Positions 1-14,947 of a DNA stretch of 64,000 nt are shown in pieces. The stretch's first letter is position 1. The number at the start of each line of letters is the position of its first letter. Location: positions 56,916,001-56,980,000 of the forward strand of contig OX597826.1 in assembly GCA_951406725.2 (NCBI GenBank), in the 5' to 3' direction. Origin of the DNA: Octopus vulgaris. Lineage: Eukaryota. The notes beneath the pieces are model-generated. The model saw nothing but the letters and a program-made list of their open reading frames with translations. It was not told where the DNA came from and ran no database searches. The position numbers were made by a program, and so were the translations under genes.

Positions 1-42
1 ATATGTATACAGGCATAAATATTATACAAACACGTACGCATG

Positions 43-88
<46 letters not shown>

Positions 89-535
89 TACACACACGCA
101 TATATACAAACACATACATTCACACGCACATATATCTGTCTATAGTTAATATACACGTATGCACATAAATATATATACACACAAGAGCATATACATAATT
201 ACACGTGTGTGCTTACACACACGTGTCTATATACACATATATTATACACATGTAACTATATTTCTACATTAGATACACGTGTATGCTTACATATATACAT
301 ATACAATGAGCATATACATAATTACACATATACAACGTGTGTTTACACTAATATGCATATACATGTAACTATATACATTACGGGCACATACACACACGTA
401 GGAATATGTGTGTACTACATATATATGTGTAAGTGCATATATATGCGTATATGTATATGATATACGTACTTTTATGCTCATGTATATGAACATATACGTA
501 AAAATATGTGCCTATACACACACACACACACATAC

Positions 536-587
<52 letters not shown>

Positions 588-1497
588 CACATACATGCAC
601 ACAAATCAAAACTTTAATAAACACGCACAAACTCGCATTAAAAAAAGGAGAAAAGTGTTGAAAATTAATGGAGACGCTATACGTACACATAAATAGACCT
701 TTCTTCACTGAAAATAACTGATTTTCACGAAACGTACAAACCATAATGGAAAAAAAAAGAAATACCCTCTTTTCTAGTGTATTTTCAGTGTGTGTGTTTT
801 TTTGCTGTTTGTTTGTTTTGGGTTTTTTTTGTTTTTCTAGTTACTATTTTCATTGGTTTTTACTTTAATGTGTGAACATAAATAAATAAATAAAAGTATA
901 AAATAAATAAATAAATCAGCAAACGTACAAAATATAATTATAAATTTCTTTAGATTTCGTGTTCTTTGAAAATTCTTGCTATTCATGTAGCGTCAGGTTT
1001 GTAGGTTTACTGTCGTATCATAATATCTCTGACAGTACTTATAGCCGAGTTATAAATAATTATTACCAATATTTATTTATTTTTATGTATGTAGGTATGT
1101 ATGTATGTATGTATGAATGTATTTATTTATTTATTTATTTAAAGATGTAACTCTGACTTGACTGACTATGTATGAGTTCTCCTCCATCATCTAGGGAAAC
1201 AACACAATAATAATAATAAAGACTAAAGAAAAAAAAAATATTTTAAAAAATGGGAAAATAAAAAGCAAAACGGAGAAAGTTAGGAAGAAGGAAGAAAACT
1301 ATCAGTATCGATATTACTATATAGTACAACAATATTTCTTCGAAAGAAAAGAAAAAAAAAAACCCATTAACTTGGGACTAGCACTATGGTAGTAAATTGT
1401 TAGCAAAATAGCTTCTTATATGGAATAACATTAAAGGACTTTCTCGGGGCCAGAAGTGACCTTAATGAAGTAAAAAAAATAAATAAACAACAACAAC

Positions 1498-1532
<35 letters not shown>

Positions 1533-1859
1533 GTGAATAAATAAAGTCTGAGAGTTTGTGGGGTTTCGATAAGTTGTGTTGCTTAGAGGAGTGAGTGAAA
1601 AGTTTAGAGTAACGCTTAGGACTGAAAGTCTTTTGATGGAAAAAAAAAATCGACAAATCCATCAAATATTGATATCGATTCGGGATCCCAACAAGCCGGT
1701 AGCTCACCTTCACTCGTGACTTATTGCTGTATACAGTCTCCACATCTAATAATGGTCTTATTTCATTAATTGATTTTCGTGTCTACGTTGAAGGGCCCTC
1801 TTAGTATGTGCAAAGAGAAGGTTTGCTATTTATTTAGTCGCCCACACTATATATAACCC

Positions 1860-2241
1860 GTGGAGGCGCAATGGCCCAGTGGTTAGGGCAGCGGACTCGC
1901 GGTCGTAGGATCGCGGTTTCGATTCCCACGTTGTGAGTGTTTATTGAGCGAAAACACCTAAAAGCTCCACGAGGCTCCGACAGGGGATGGTGGCGATCCC
2001 TGCTGTACTCTTTCACCACAACTTTCTCTCACTCTTACTTCCTGTTTCTGTTGTACCTGTATTTCAAAGGGCCGGCCTTGTCACTCTCTGTGTCACGCTG
2101 AATATCCCCGAGAACTACGTTAAGGGAACACGTATCTGTGGAGTGCTCAGCCACTTACACGTTAATTTCACGAGCAGGCTGTTCCGTTGATTCGGATCAA
2201 CCGGAACCCTCGTCGTCGTAACCGACGGAGTGCTTCCATCC
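1860..2241 (+). mobile_element. tRNA-derived SINE, family C, full length
   Basis: Pol III A box TGGCCCAGTGG and B-box-like GGTTTCGATTCC. 11-bp TSD ATATATAACCC (1849-1859 / 2242-2252). Near-identical copy at 33396-33726. Confidence 0.88.
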
Positions 2242-2840
2242 ATATATAACCCTTTCTGCGACCCTATGGGATGGTATGGATGGAAGTGAGATTAAAAGTG
2301 AGATTAAACTTTAAAAATATGTCCAGCAAGCCAGTTTCGACCACAGCAAACCAAACATTTTTTTTTTTTTTTTTCTTAAATAGCACTTTGGCTTTTATGC
2401 CTTTCTGCGAAGTACAGCACAAGTTTTGAATATACAAATGCTAACTACTAAAACTGTACAATGATTTCTTTCGGCTGAGTACATGGTCAAACTTTTCTAC
2501 GGATAGAGTAAAGCTGATTTAATGAAGTAAGGGGGTTGAAACTAATTCGTGGCTACCAAAGTGCTTCTATGCTGCGGCTCGATCTGCAAGAAATAACATT
2601 GAAATCTCCCTCAGAACACACACCATCTTTAAGAAAAGATACAATGGTAACAGTTGAAATGCATTTTGGCCATAGATCGATCAAACTGAAGCCAACTACC
2701 GCCAACAACACAAGAGTAGCCACGATACTCATTGTAGCCATATCGGAAGGACCAAAGCTTAAGTCGATTCCGGCGAGATTTGAACTCACTTAGCACGCGC
2801 ACACACAAACAAACGCCTATTACAAACGGATATTTTCTAG

Positions 2841-3071
2841 GCGGCGAGCTGGCAGAAACGTTAGCACACCGGGCGAAATGCATAGCCGTATTTCGTCTGC
2901 CGCTACGTTCTGAGTTCAAAATACCGCCGTGGTCGACTTCGCCTTTCATCCTTTCGGGGTCGATAAATTAAGTACCAGTTACGCACTGGGGTCGATGTAA
3001 TCGACTTAATCCGTTTGTCTGTCCTTGTTTGTCCCCTCTGTGTTTAGCCCCTTGTGGGTAGTAAAGAAATA
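2841..3071 (+). mobile_element. tRNA-derived SINE, family A (GGCGGCGAGCTGGCAGAAACG...), tail type 1
   Basis: B box GAGTTCAAA. About 10 dispersed copies in the window. TSD GATATTTTCTAG (2829-2840 / 3072-3083). Confidence 0.9.
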
Positions 3072-3629
3072 GATATTTTCTAGGATTGTCAGTTGATCAA
3101 TAGTTATTGAAAACTATAGATCTTCCAGAGTCCAGACATTAATAAACATTATATAAGGATAACAAAGAAACGTTCCTTGTTATTATATGCACTGTATGTG
3201 TGTGTATTTGTAATTTACAAAAGATTCCAACCTTTGGTTTTCTAACTAAACGGTACATTGACCAATTACAAAGTTTATATGTTACACAAATACTTTGATA
3301 TACAATTGCTAAAACAGACAAAGGGACCAGGGAATCATTATATGAGAGTAGGAAAGATGAAATAAAAATATATAGTAGATATATAAAATATCTGTTACAG
3401 TGTCTTAGATTTTAACCTTTAATATCACTGTTACTACTAAGGCTATTAATTGTTATTAAGAAGCAGGAATAGGAATTTTGTAAAGTGTAACGTTGGAATG
3501 TTGTGACTCTCAAGTTTTCCTAATATGCATTATTAATCGAGAAAGTAATTAACTTTGTTTCAGCGGCACGTTAAAATTAATGAACACTTTAAACAACAAC
3601 AATAATAATAATAATGACGATGATTCCGA

Positions 3630-3960
3630 TTTCTAAACATGGGCACCAGGCCAAATTCGGAAGTAGGATGCGATCGAATACATCGATCCCAGTACTTGAT
3701 AAGTACTTGGTTTATCGATAGGATGAAAAGCAAAGTTCAATACAAACAGATCTAGACAGAAGGAGAGTAATTTTGAAAGGATGGGCTTAGTTGATGCAAT
3801 CAAACCTCAGTATTTGACTGGTATCTGATTTTATCGACCCTGAGAGGATTAAAGGCAAAGATGACCGCGGTGGGATTTCAAATCAGAATGCTAAGAGCCA
3901 GAAGAGATACGACAAAACACGTTTTCTAGCTCCTTAATGATTCCGCCGGCTTGCCGCCTT
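3630..3960 (-). mobile_element. two old, degenerate family A' SINE remnants
   Basis: Diverged matches to TCGATCCCAGTAC...TTTATCGACCC...GGATGAAAGGCAAAG and to the A' tail. Confidence 0.55.
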
Positions 3961-4312
3961 AACAACAGAAATTATTGATATTTATTTATCACACAAGGAC
4001 ATCGGAAAAATGACAGTAATTTCCACAAGTGATATTAAAGCTTTAGAAAGTGATAAGGCTTTAGAAATGCAGTCTATGAGAATTGAGAATGCGAGGGCGT
4101 TCATTCCTGTTAACAATCTTGAAATAATTATAATCCTGTATAGATCATGAAGAAATTAATTTACCGAGTCTATGTGCAAGCGTACGTGTTTTTTTTAAAG
4201 CTCTAAACTGACCGATCTAAAATATCAAAAGCGTATTCAAGCTACGTCGTTTTAAAGATGGTCTTGTGTGGTTTGATCGAAATTTATAGTTACTTTTAGC
4301 ATATATATATAG

Positions 4313-4540
4313 CTATTTCTTTATTACCCACAAGGGGCTAAACACAGAGAGGACAAACAAGGACAGACATAGGTATTAAGTCGATTACATCGACCCCAGT
4401 GTGTAACTGGTACTTAATTTATCGACCCCGAAAGGATGAAAGGCAAAGTCGACCTCGGCGGAATTTGAACTCACAACGTAACGACAGACGAAATACGGCT
4501 ACGCATTTCGCCCGGCGTGCTAACGTTTCTGCCAGCTCGC
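4313..4540 (-). mobile_element. family A SINE
   Basis: Reverse complement of 2841-3071 at high identity. Confidence 0.9.
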
Positions 4541-4683
4541 ATATGTATATATATAGCGACCACGTGGAAGTTCCATCATTGGCTCGATGTCTGTGCAAAC
4601 AAGCGCCGGTAATAATATGACGAGGTACAAGAAGAACTGAGGTGCAAAAAAAAAAAAAAAAAGTAGGCGCACAATTGTAAATG

Positions 4684-4879
4684 TTACTCTTTTACATGTT
4701 TCAGTCATTTGACTGCGGCCATGATGGAGCACCGCCTTTAATCGAGCAACTCGACCCCGGGACTTATTCTTTTGTAAGCCTAGTACTTATTCTATCGGTC
4801 TCTTTTGCCGAACCGCTAAGTAACGGGGACATAAACACACCAGTATCGGTTGTCAAGCAATGCTGGGGGACAAACACAG

Positions 4880-4936
<57 letters not shown>

Positions 4937-5070
4937 CATACATATATACGACGGGCTTCTTTCAGTTTCCGTCAACCAAATCCACTCACAAGGCTTTGGT
5001 CGGCACGAGGCTATAGTAGAAGACACTTGCCCAAGGTACCACGCAGTGGGACTGAACCCGGAACCATGTG
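4684..5070 (-). mobile_element. tRNA-derived SINE family B (internal microsatellite), slightly 5'-truncated
   Basis: Matches the copies at 14551-14947, 46148-46698 and 62618-63028. Head, then (TA)n, then a tail ending (TAAAAGAG)n. Confidence 0.88.
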
Positions 5071-5776
5071 AGTGTAAGAAAAAAAATTTTTAGCAGTGCT
5101 TTTATTCTTTTAGGACCTCCATCCGAAACAAGTGGAAAGAAAGGAAGAAAGCTATCCTCAAATTAGAACTCTAAACCGAATGCTTACCAACAAAACGAAC
5201 TCTACTAACGGCACCCTTTTGTTAAGTCTATTGTAATCTTAGAGATCTTTTCGTTTGTAAAAAGTACATTTCTATTCAAATATCAATAAATCTATGCATG
5301 TATAATACTATTTCTATGTGTTCGTATATATACATACATATATGTATACACATACATACGCACACGCATACACACATCATGCACACACATGTTCATATAC
5401 GCAATCAAACTTATAACCAGGAATTATGTTGTATTCAATTGCACAATGAACCTATGCTAACGTACGTGTAAATAATACAAATAATAACAACAACGATGAA
5501 CAACATAACAATTCGTAATAACAGTCGTAAAAATAATTATTATTATCATCCTCATCATTCCGATTCAAAGATCGATAATTATCAATTTTCTTACTGTTGG
5601 ACTCGATAAAAAATAACAAGAAGGAAAAAAAAACAGTAAGTTATTTTCAATTAAGGCTGTAATTGAAACATAAGCCTTCAAGTGCGAAAATGCCCTCCAC
5701 TTCCATTCTCTAACGTTGTTATTGATATCATTATCATCATTGCTATTAATATTATCATCGCTGGTGCTCTTATCCC

Positions 5777-5833
<57 letters not shown>

Positions 5834-7867
5834 CATGCAAGTTTATGATGATAATGATGGTTGTTTCCAAACAATGAACTAATTTCCAAAGCAACTAAAG
5901 CAGGTGTACATTGTGTGTTTCGTACCGGAAAAACCATCCCTTCAGAGACCAGTTTTTTCAATACAATTCAACAGACAACTTGACAAGGTAAGAGTAAAGA
6001 CGGACAGACACGCAGATACAGACAGACAGACAGACAGACAGAGATACGAATTAAGAAATAAAGAACCACACTTTCTTATTCGTATTAAACAGCTATTGTC
6101 TAGGTTTCTCATCCACTCGACTCTGGCTTTTCTTTTTTATGTGTGTGTGTGTGGGTTATTATAAAACTGAGTTTAAAATACAATCGGAAATGAACAACCT
6201 ACAGGCAAAGAATGAACAAGTCAGAAGGAAACAGATGGGTCAACTTCGAGTATATATATATAGCAACAAGAGGAGCAACATCTGCAACAAGAACGGTGGC
6301 GAGAGAAAAAAAATAAGAAACAATATTTGAATAAAGTCAACAACAAAATTTGAATCCTTTCTCAGAGCCAAAGAGACTGTTGAATAGGGCAAACGTATGG
6401 AACGGAAGTAGGTAAGTACAAAACACTGAATGTTAGTTATCACACAATCAAGTTAAGGAATACTTGTCATCACTGTTGCATGTTCATAGTGGTGGGGAAG
6501 GATAGCCACAGCTCGGCAAATGGATGAAGATGTTTCAGCCGTGACCATCCGGTCTTCCGTTCAGATAGCAAGTATATACCTTGAATTAGATAATTCAACA
6601 CGTTCTTCCTTTTTCAAGAGAATATAGTGTGATTTGGGATTAATGTGGCTCTTATATTAAGGAAGTAGCGACCCAATAGAGTCTCCCGTGTTGGCGAGGA
6701 GAATGGGAAGAAAACGATGTTGGCGTGGAATTAAAAGAAGGATCTTGAATTCATAACCAAATAACAAAAGGATGGAAATGTAAGGCAAATGAAGTCGATG
6801 ATGATGATGACGATTATGTCCACGGGGAACATTGAGTATTAGAGTGGCTATTTCAGTAAGAATAAAGAGATACAAAAGGCTTACACACACACACACACAC
6901 ACATACATATCCTGCTTTTATTACAGAAAAGCAGGATATGCACCGATTGACCTGGTCATTGCACCATTGCTTGAGGACAAAGGTAAATTTTATATAGTGT
7001 AATTGGATGCTTGCGAAATCAAAAGGTGCACACGCACATACACATCGCACGGTACCAAGACTATGTTTGTACGCCGAGCATGTATCTAGGATTCAATCGA
7101 TAGCTTAAACCCAGTACATTACTGACTCCCCGGACAGATGAAAGACTCATATCTGCTCCAGGCGGAATATTAACTCAGAAACGTGAGGTATTGAACTTGG
7201 GGAAGAAGAAAATAGAAAATAATAACAATAAATGCACGGAAAAAAAAGAAAACCTAATTCGGTCTCTTTACAATACGTGCTCGGGTTACACACAACAACA
7301 GTCTCATCTAAATGATCAGTTCAGTTAGTTTCAAAGTAAAAAGAAGTGATCTTTGCAAGATCGATACATCTTTAGATCAATTCAATAAAGCCTTCATCTA
7401 CCACACACTCTTTTTTTCTACAAATCAAAATCCATTTATCCACCTTCTTACCTACCTACTTACCAACCTGCACACTAAATGTGGACTTACACAGAAAGAA
7501 ATAAATAAAAAAAGCACTCAATATTTGTAGCTTCGTGTATGTACATCTGTGTCTGCGTGATTTTATGTGAATAATCATGAAGATGCTAAATACCCAGGCG
7601 TGAGAAGAGGAAATGTGTAATGATCACTAAGCTCACACACACACACACACACACAGTCACTGCTTCAAATCCAAACCAATGTTTTAGCTGAAAAGACTGC
7701 TAGCTTTTCTACAAACTATCTCTGCTTCATGTTCATTGAATATCGTTTGATATCAAATATCAGCATGGAAAACTCACGCGAAACCATGGTACGGACGTAT
7801 ACAAATGTTTAGCTTACTATATAACTATGAACGTATACAAGCGAAGACCTTGGAGTTACAACGGAAT

Positions 7868-7908
<41 letters not shown>

Positions 7909-8007
7909 TACATACATACATATATATAAATAAGGCAGGCGCAATTTCTACTCTGCATTTTTGCCACTGCAACGGGTTTCCAGGATAAAGATATCTTTGA
8001 TTTCATC

Positions 8008-8112
<105 letters not shown>

Positions 8113-8440
8113 TGACTCAAAAATAGCGGCGAGGAAGCTTGCGCTCTGCAGAGAGAGAGAGAGAGAAGTGCATGGTTCTACATATGACACAGTTCCAAAG
8201 GAATGCTGCTCGCCAACAAAGCTACAAACGTTGAATGCACAGCCAGCACTTAAACGACGGTGAAATAACTCGGGTGCAATATCTTCCTTCCCTGCTCGAT
8301 CTAAGCATGTTTTCTCTCCGCTTTACACACTCCAAGAAGAAGGAGAAATTATTGGCGAGATTCGAATCTACAACCATGCAGACTGTTCCACTCAACGGTC
8401 TCTACACATTCTTTTCACAGCTATACGCGTGTGTGTGAAC

Positions 8441-8498
<58 letters not shown>

Positions 8499-9080
8499 CT
8501 ACGATAACATTCAAACACAAGCGTACGATTAATAGGCACGCAAAAATGCATATATATATATGTAAAGATATGTATATACATCGATTACAAGATGCAAAAG
8601 AAATTGTTATATACAGTAAAAAGGAATGCGTTTTCTGTGCCTACGCGCACACACACGCACGCGCTGAAATTCGCGCTTTATGTGAATGCATGCATATGCA
8701 CGCAAGCCGCATAGCTATGTGTATTTATACGCGTGTTTGCGAGCGCATGAACGTGCGGCGTGCTTCATTTTATTTAATACATTCGCAAATTCTACCGAAG
8801 TAAAAAAAAATTTTTTTTTTTTTTTCTTTTCTTCCCCTTATTATTGAATTCGGAAAAGTAAAAAATCAAGAATACGTGTTCAATGAAGATTCCGATATTA
8901 GAGTCAGAGTTAAGAAGTAAAGAATATGGTCGATGGTCGAAAAGTATTCTTTTACTATTTTCATTAAAACATTTAAAGAATTATAACAATGACAACAGCG
9001 AAAGGGATCAACAATTGTAAGCGAATCAGAGTAGTTTAATGAAAGTGAGTTTAAAAGTAGGTTAAAGTTTGCCTGCCTGT

Positions 9081-9124
<44 letters not shown>

Positions 9125-9244
9125 ATATATATATATATATCTATCTATCTATCTATCAATCATCTATCTATCTATCCATCTATCAATCATCTATCTATCT
9201 ACCCATCTCTCAATCATCTATCTATCTATATGACTGTAACCACT

Positions 9245-9305
<61 letters not shown>

Positions 9306-10364
9306 GTAGAAAAATACAAACTGGGACAAGAACATATATATATATATATATATTCCCGCATACATGTATGAGTGTGTATATGTATGTATGTATACGCAAT
9401 ATCTTGTACGTCGAAGCTATGTATAACACACATACGCGCAAATCGTACGTTTTCGATATTCTGTACTGGTGTGGTGTATATTGAAAATTCGTCTTTACTA
9501 AAACGGATATATACATTACACTTAAAGTTGTTACACAATTAGACACACACGAAAGAGCGCGCATGCACGCACGCACACACACAGAAGCAGGCAGGCAGAC
9601 AGATACACAGACAGATGAGAGATGGATGCTATAGAACTATGGAAGTAGGTTTTAATATTTCTAAAGAAATGTATTGAAATCAGTAATATTGGAAATTTTG
9701 TAAATAAGTGTAGTCGTAGATGCTATTACTATTATTATCATTATTATTATTAGCAGTAGTAGTAGTAGTAGTAGTAGTTTTTATTATTATTATTATTACT
9801 ATTATTGTTATGCCATTTAAAAAAAAAATTATTTCAAAAGAATTTATTTATGCTTCAGTTAAAAGTGAAGCCGAGCCTCTGTGAAAAATGTACGTGTAAA
9901 TACATCATACGTAGATTTTTAGAAAGGAACATATACACACCAGGCTATTAAAAAGAAAGGGAAGAAAGCTAGTTCGATGAATGTGTAGGGTGTGTGTGAT
10001 ATGTATGTGTGTTTGGGGGTGTTGGAGCTTATAGAAAAGCCTTGCATTACAAGACAGTGAATAAATAAAATAAGGACTTTTCTGTGGAGGAGAACAAAAA
10101 AAAAAAAAAATACGTAAGGTGTAAATGTTATTGATGTGATCAGAGGCAGATAGTGATTGATTGTCACCTACTGAATGATGGCAATCGATCCGACTTCACT
10201 GTCATCATTACCATCAGCATCATCATCACAATAATAATAATAATCATCATCATCATCAGCAGCAGCAGCAGCAACAACAACATCACCGTTAGTCGTCACC
10301 GTTGCCAGCATCATTAGCTTACAAACGATGTGTTAGATAAATATATTAGTGCTACAATGACTGC

Positions 10365-10423
<59 letters not shown>

Positions 10424-10597
10424 GGCCTGGTTGCTAGTGTTGAAAGCTGCTCGCCAACCTAAGCATTAGCAGTCGCAGGAACCTAGTAGTGTAACAACAA
10501 CAACAACAATAATAATCTAAGACATACAAGATAGCTGGATATTTCAGGATCGCGTCTTCCTCGCTGTTCCAGATTGAATGTGCGTGTGCTCGCATTA

Positions 10598-10669
<72 letters not shown>

Positions 10670-10978
10670 GCACACACATGCATGTATCATTATGCATATA
10701 TGCATCAATATCGTTACATACATTCCATATACATAGATATTCATTACCATCGATCGATTTTTCCTATTTATAGCTCTCTCTATATATAAACTTTGCAAAT
10801 TATCGACAATAGAAATATTTTTATTCATTGATCTATAATATCCAAATTTAAACTTCAACGTATATAAGTATTGTTACGATGATAATGTTCAGAGTAAGAA
10901 TTTCTTTTGACTAGACACAGCGCCTATATTTATGGAAAGTGTGTGCTATGCGCGCGTATATATCTATATATGCGCACG

Positions 10979-11035
<57 letters not shown>

Positions 11036-11082
11036 AGATTGAACTCTCCAGTTAGGTTTGCCGAAGAATGTAATAATTGCTT

Positions 11083-11250
11083 CGAATACTGGCAACAAGG
11101 ACTGAAATTTTGGGAAAAAGGGTTAGTCGATACTTGATCATTACGGTATTTTATGGACATCGGAAAGATGAAAGGCGAAGTTATCCTCTTAGGAATGTTA
11201 ACTCGGAACGTAAAGAGCCGGAACGAATGCCGCAAGGTATTTTTACCGAC
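11083..11250 (-). mobile_element. degenerate family A' SINE
   Basis: GGCAACAAGGACTGAAATTTTGGG tail plus GAAAGATGAAAGGCGAAG core, diverged. Confidence 0.55.
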
Positions 11251-11797
11251 GCTCACATTGATGGGAGGGGATGTTGATGAAGGAATTATTATTACAGCGA
11301 TACGTTGTATAAAAAAAAAAAGGGGGAGAAAAAAAAAGCGTGGTATACAAAAAAATTATATAGAAATGCATGATAGTCCTCGGGGGGAAAAGTACTGTCG
11401 AAGACGTCCTCTCAAGGAAGACAACAAATCTACGAAATATCTATCCTAACCTACAAAGAGTTAAGGCTTTCCGACGTTCAGAGCAACACAAATGGTAAAT
11501 GTAGGTTCACTGACTCGGTCCATGTCAAACATTGGTAGCTCAACCAAACAGAGTGCGAGTAATGATTGATTAGATCAATCCCAGTATCTAACTGGTATTT
11601 TATATTATCAGACATTGAAAGAAAGGAAAACAATATCGATCTTAGTAGGATAAACACAGCACTAAACAGCACAAGGTATGTTGTCCAATACTAAGCGACT
11701 GGCTGCAAGTTCCAGTCACGGTAAATCAATGGTACCTGGTTAGGTCTCTGATCCAATATCATTGATTTGTATTAGCTCCGACTATACTCAAGTAGAC

Positions 11798-12025
11798 CTA
11801 TTTCTTTATTACCCACAAGGGGCTAGACATAGAGGGGACAAACGAAGACAGACATAGGTATTAAGTCGATTACATCGACCCCAGTAACTGGTACTTAATT
11901 TATCGACCCCGAAAGGATGAAAGGCAAAGTCGACCTCGGCGGAATTTGAACTCACAACGTACCGACAGACGAAATACCGCTCAGCATTTCGCCCGGCGTG
12001 CTAATGTTTCTGCCAGCTCACCGCC
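11798..12025 (-). mobile_element. family A SINE
   Basis: Full-length match. Imperfect TSD TA(C/T)TCAAGTAGAC on both sides. Confidence 0.9.
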
Positions 12026-12736
12026 GTCTATTCAAGTAGACTTGTGACCAAAGACGTTCCAGCCGAGACTATATTGTCGAAAGGTCTTTTGTTGAGACAG
12101 TAGGACGTATTTAATAAAATTTGGACTTACAGAGAGCTTGCTAGACCTCCCTACAAGAAAATATATGAAGAGTTTCAACGGCAAACAGTATGAACCAAAA
12201 TTGTTTTTAAAAATGGATCATCTCTTCTTAGAAAGATAGAGAATAATGATATAGCATAGTGACAAGGCTCGTGATAATGTTCTCGTGACACTGTTTCGAT
12301 CCCTGATAAAAGTGATTGATATCACGTCCCTTAAAGCGAACTAAACTGTCCTTAAGAAAGGCATGTGCGTCACAAAATCTAATATACTTTGCAATTGTAT
12401 ACAAGAGCCAAAGCTGTAAGACAACAGGAATCGGTATTTTACAAGAGGCTAAATATGTGAGACAGTGCATGTATGTGTAGGTGTGTGTGTGTGCGCACGG
12501 AAAATATATCGGGATTTATTATTGTTATAAGGTTTAGTGGGAAAAAAGGAAGAAATAAAACACTACACATAAAAAAAACATGCACATTTCACTTAGTTGT
12601 AAACTTAAACAAGAGACTCAAGGATAGGAAGTTTCACATTTGCACTTAACAAACTTTGATGAGTGCAATCATGAAAATTTTATATGATATAATACAAGAG
12701 ACAACCGGTCTTTCATGAAAGATAGAATGCCAAATG

Positions 12737-12791
<55 letters not shown>

Positions 12792-13057
12792 TCATTAGTG
12801 TGAAACGTGCGTATTAAATGCATTCGAAATATGAATAATGGTCTTTTTGTCATTTTACTATCTATCTATCTATCTATCTACATACGTACATAAACACACA
12901 GACACGTGTGTGTACTGTGTATGTATGTATGTATGTATGTATATACATATAAGCTTATATGATAAACAATATATTATACATCTCAATTACAGATTAAATA
13001 AAATAAAACTTAATCACTCAGAAACAAGGAATATTTTCATGTTTGATTATATATATA

Positions 13058-13118
<61 letters not shown>

Positions 13119-13129
13119 ACACACACACT

Positions 13130-13324
13130 TCTTATTTGTTTTAGTCATAGACAACGGCTATGCTGGGGCACCACCAAGTGTAGCTTTAGTCGAATGAATT
13201 AACACCAGTACTTTTTTTAAGCCTGCCACTTATTCTATCGGGTTTCTTTTGCTAAGCCACTAAGTTACTTGGATGTAAACTTACCAACACCGGTCGTCAA
13301 GCGGTGGTGAGACACACACACACA

Positions 13325-13369
<45 letters not shown>

Positions 13370-13535
13370 CACGAGGGGTTTCTTTCGGTTTCCGTCTAAC
13401 AAATCCACTGAAAAGGCTTTGGTTGGTCTGAAGCAATAGTAGAAGTTACTAGCCCAAGGTGTCACGCAGAGGGAACGAACCAGGAGCCATGTGGTTGGGA
13501 AGCAATCTTCTTACCATACAGCCACTCTTGCGCCT
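13130..13535 (-). mobile_element. family B SINE, older diverged copy
   Basis: Colinear diverged match to family B head and tail with internal (TA)n. Confidence 0.75.
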
Positions 13536-13732
13536 ATATATACACACATTCGTATTTTGTGTCTGTGTAAATATAAATTGTACGTGAAAACGGTAACGTG
13601 TACCTTATTTGTCTAAATATACGAAAATATACATATTATATGCATATATGTAAATTTGATAGATATATATTATATACACATGCATTATTCACACATTTAT
13701 ATACATACACAGACAAATATCACATTTGCTTC

Positions 13733-13783
<51 letters not shown>

Positions 13784-13910
13784 AGACATGTAGATGTATC
13801 TCTATGTGTGTATACACAATGCATATATGCACAGATATATACATAATCATAAATTAGGTATATGCATTGTATACCTTATATATATATATATATAATAATA
13901 TCAATATATA

Positions 13911-14235
13911 GGCACAGGAGTGGCTGTGTGTTACGGAGCTTGCTTACCAACCGCATGGTTCCGGGTTCAGTCCCACCTGCATGGCACCTTGGGTAAGTGT
14001 CTTCTACTATAGTCTCGGGCCGACCAAATCCGTGTGAGTGGATTTGGTAGGCAGAAACTGAAAGGACCCCGTCGTATATATATGTGTGTGTGTCCCTGTA
14101 ACGTACCGGTTCGGCAAAAGAACCCGATAGAATAAGTACTAGGCTTATGAACAATAAGTTCTGGGGTCGATTGGTTCGACTAAAAGGCGGTACTCCAGTA
14201 TGGCCGCAGTCAAATTACTGAAACAAATAAAAGAA
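13911..14235 (+). mobile_element. family B SINE with internal deletion
   Basis: GGCACAGGAGTGGCTGTGTG head, GGGTTCAGTCCC B box, tail ...CAGTCAAATTACTGAAACAAATAAAAG. Confidence 0.85.
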
Positions 14236-14404
14236 TATATACACACGCACATGAAGTATAACTATATTACGTATATGTGCAGTATATACTATATGTGTAC
14301 ATCATAATATCAGTGTATATACATATATATATATACATGTACACACACATACACACACAATGCGTATATGTACATAAACGTAATTATATTTTAGGTATAT
14401 ATGC

Positions 14405-14449
<45 letters not shown>

Positions 14450-14550
14450 TCTCATATCAATGTGTGTGTGTATAATCATACACACTCGAATACAAGTATA
14501 TTGTATATATATATGTATGTAAATGTCTGTATATATTTTATACACATGAT

Positions 14551-14947
14551 CTTACTCTTACTTGTTTCAGTCATTTGACTGCGGCCATGCTGGAGCACCG
14601 CCTTCAGTCGAGCAACTCGACCCCGGGACTTATTCTTTGTAAGCCCAGTACTTATTCTATCGGTCTCTTTGGCCGAACCGCTAAGTGACGGGGACATAAA
14701 CACACCAGCATCGGTTGTCAAGCAATGCTAGGGGGACAAACACAGACACACACGCACACATATATATATATATATACATATATACGACGGGCTTCTTTCA
14801 GTTTCCGTCTACCAAATCCACTCACAAGGCCTTGGTCGGCCCGAGGCTATAGTAGAAGACACTTGCCAAAGATGCCACGCAGTGGGACTGAACCTGGAAC
14901 CATGTGGTTGGTAAGCAAGCTACATACCACACAGCCACTCCTGCGCT
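14551..14947 (-). mobile_element. family B SINE, full length
   Basis: Complete head, microsatellite and tail match to the other B copies. Confidence 0.9.

Noticed and set aside
1860-1935. tRNA gene candidates (also 33396, 41007 and the family A/B heads)
   Set aside because: A/B boxes are present but the cloverleaves are broken, and each continues into a SINE body, several with TSDs.
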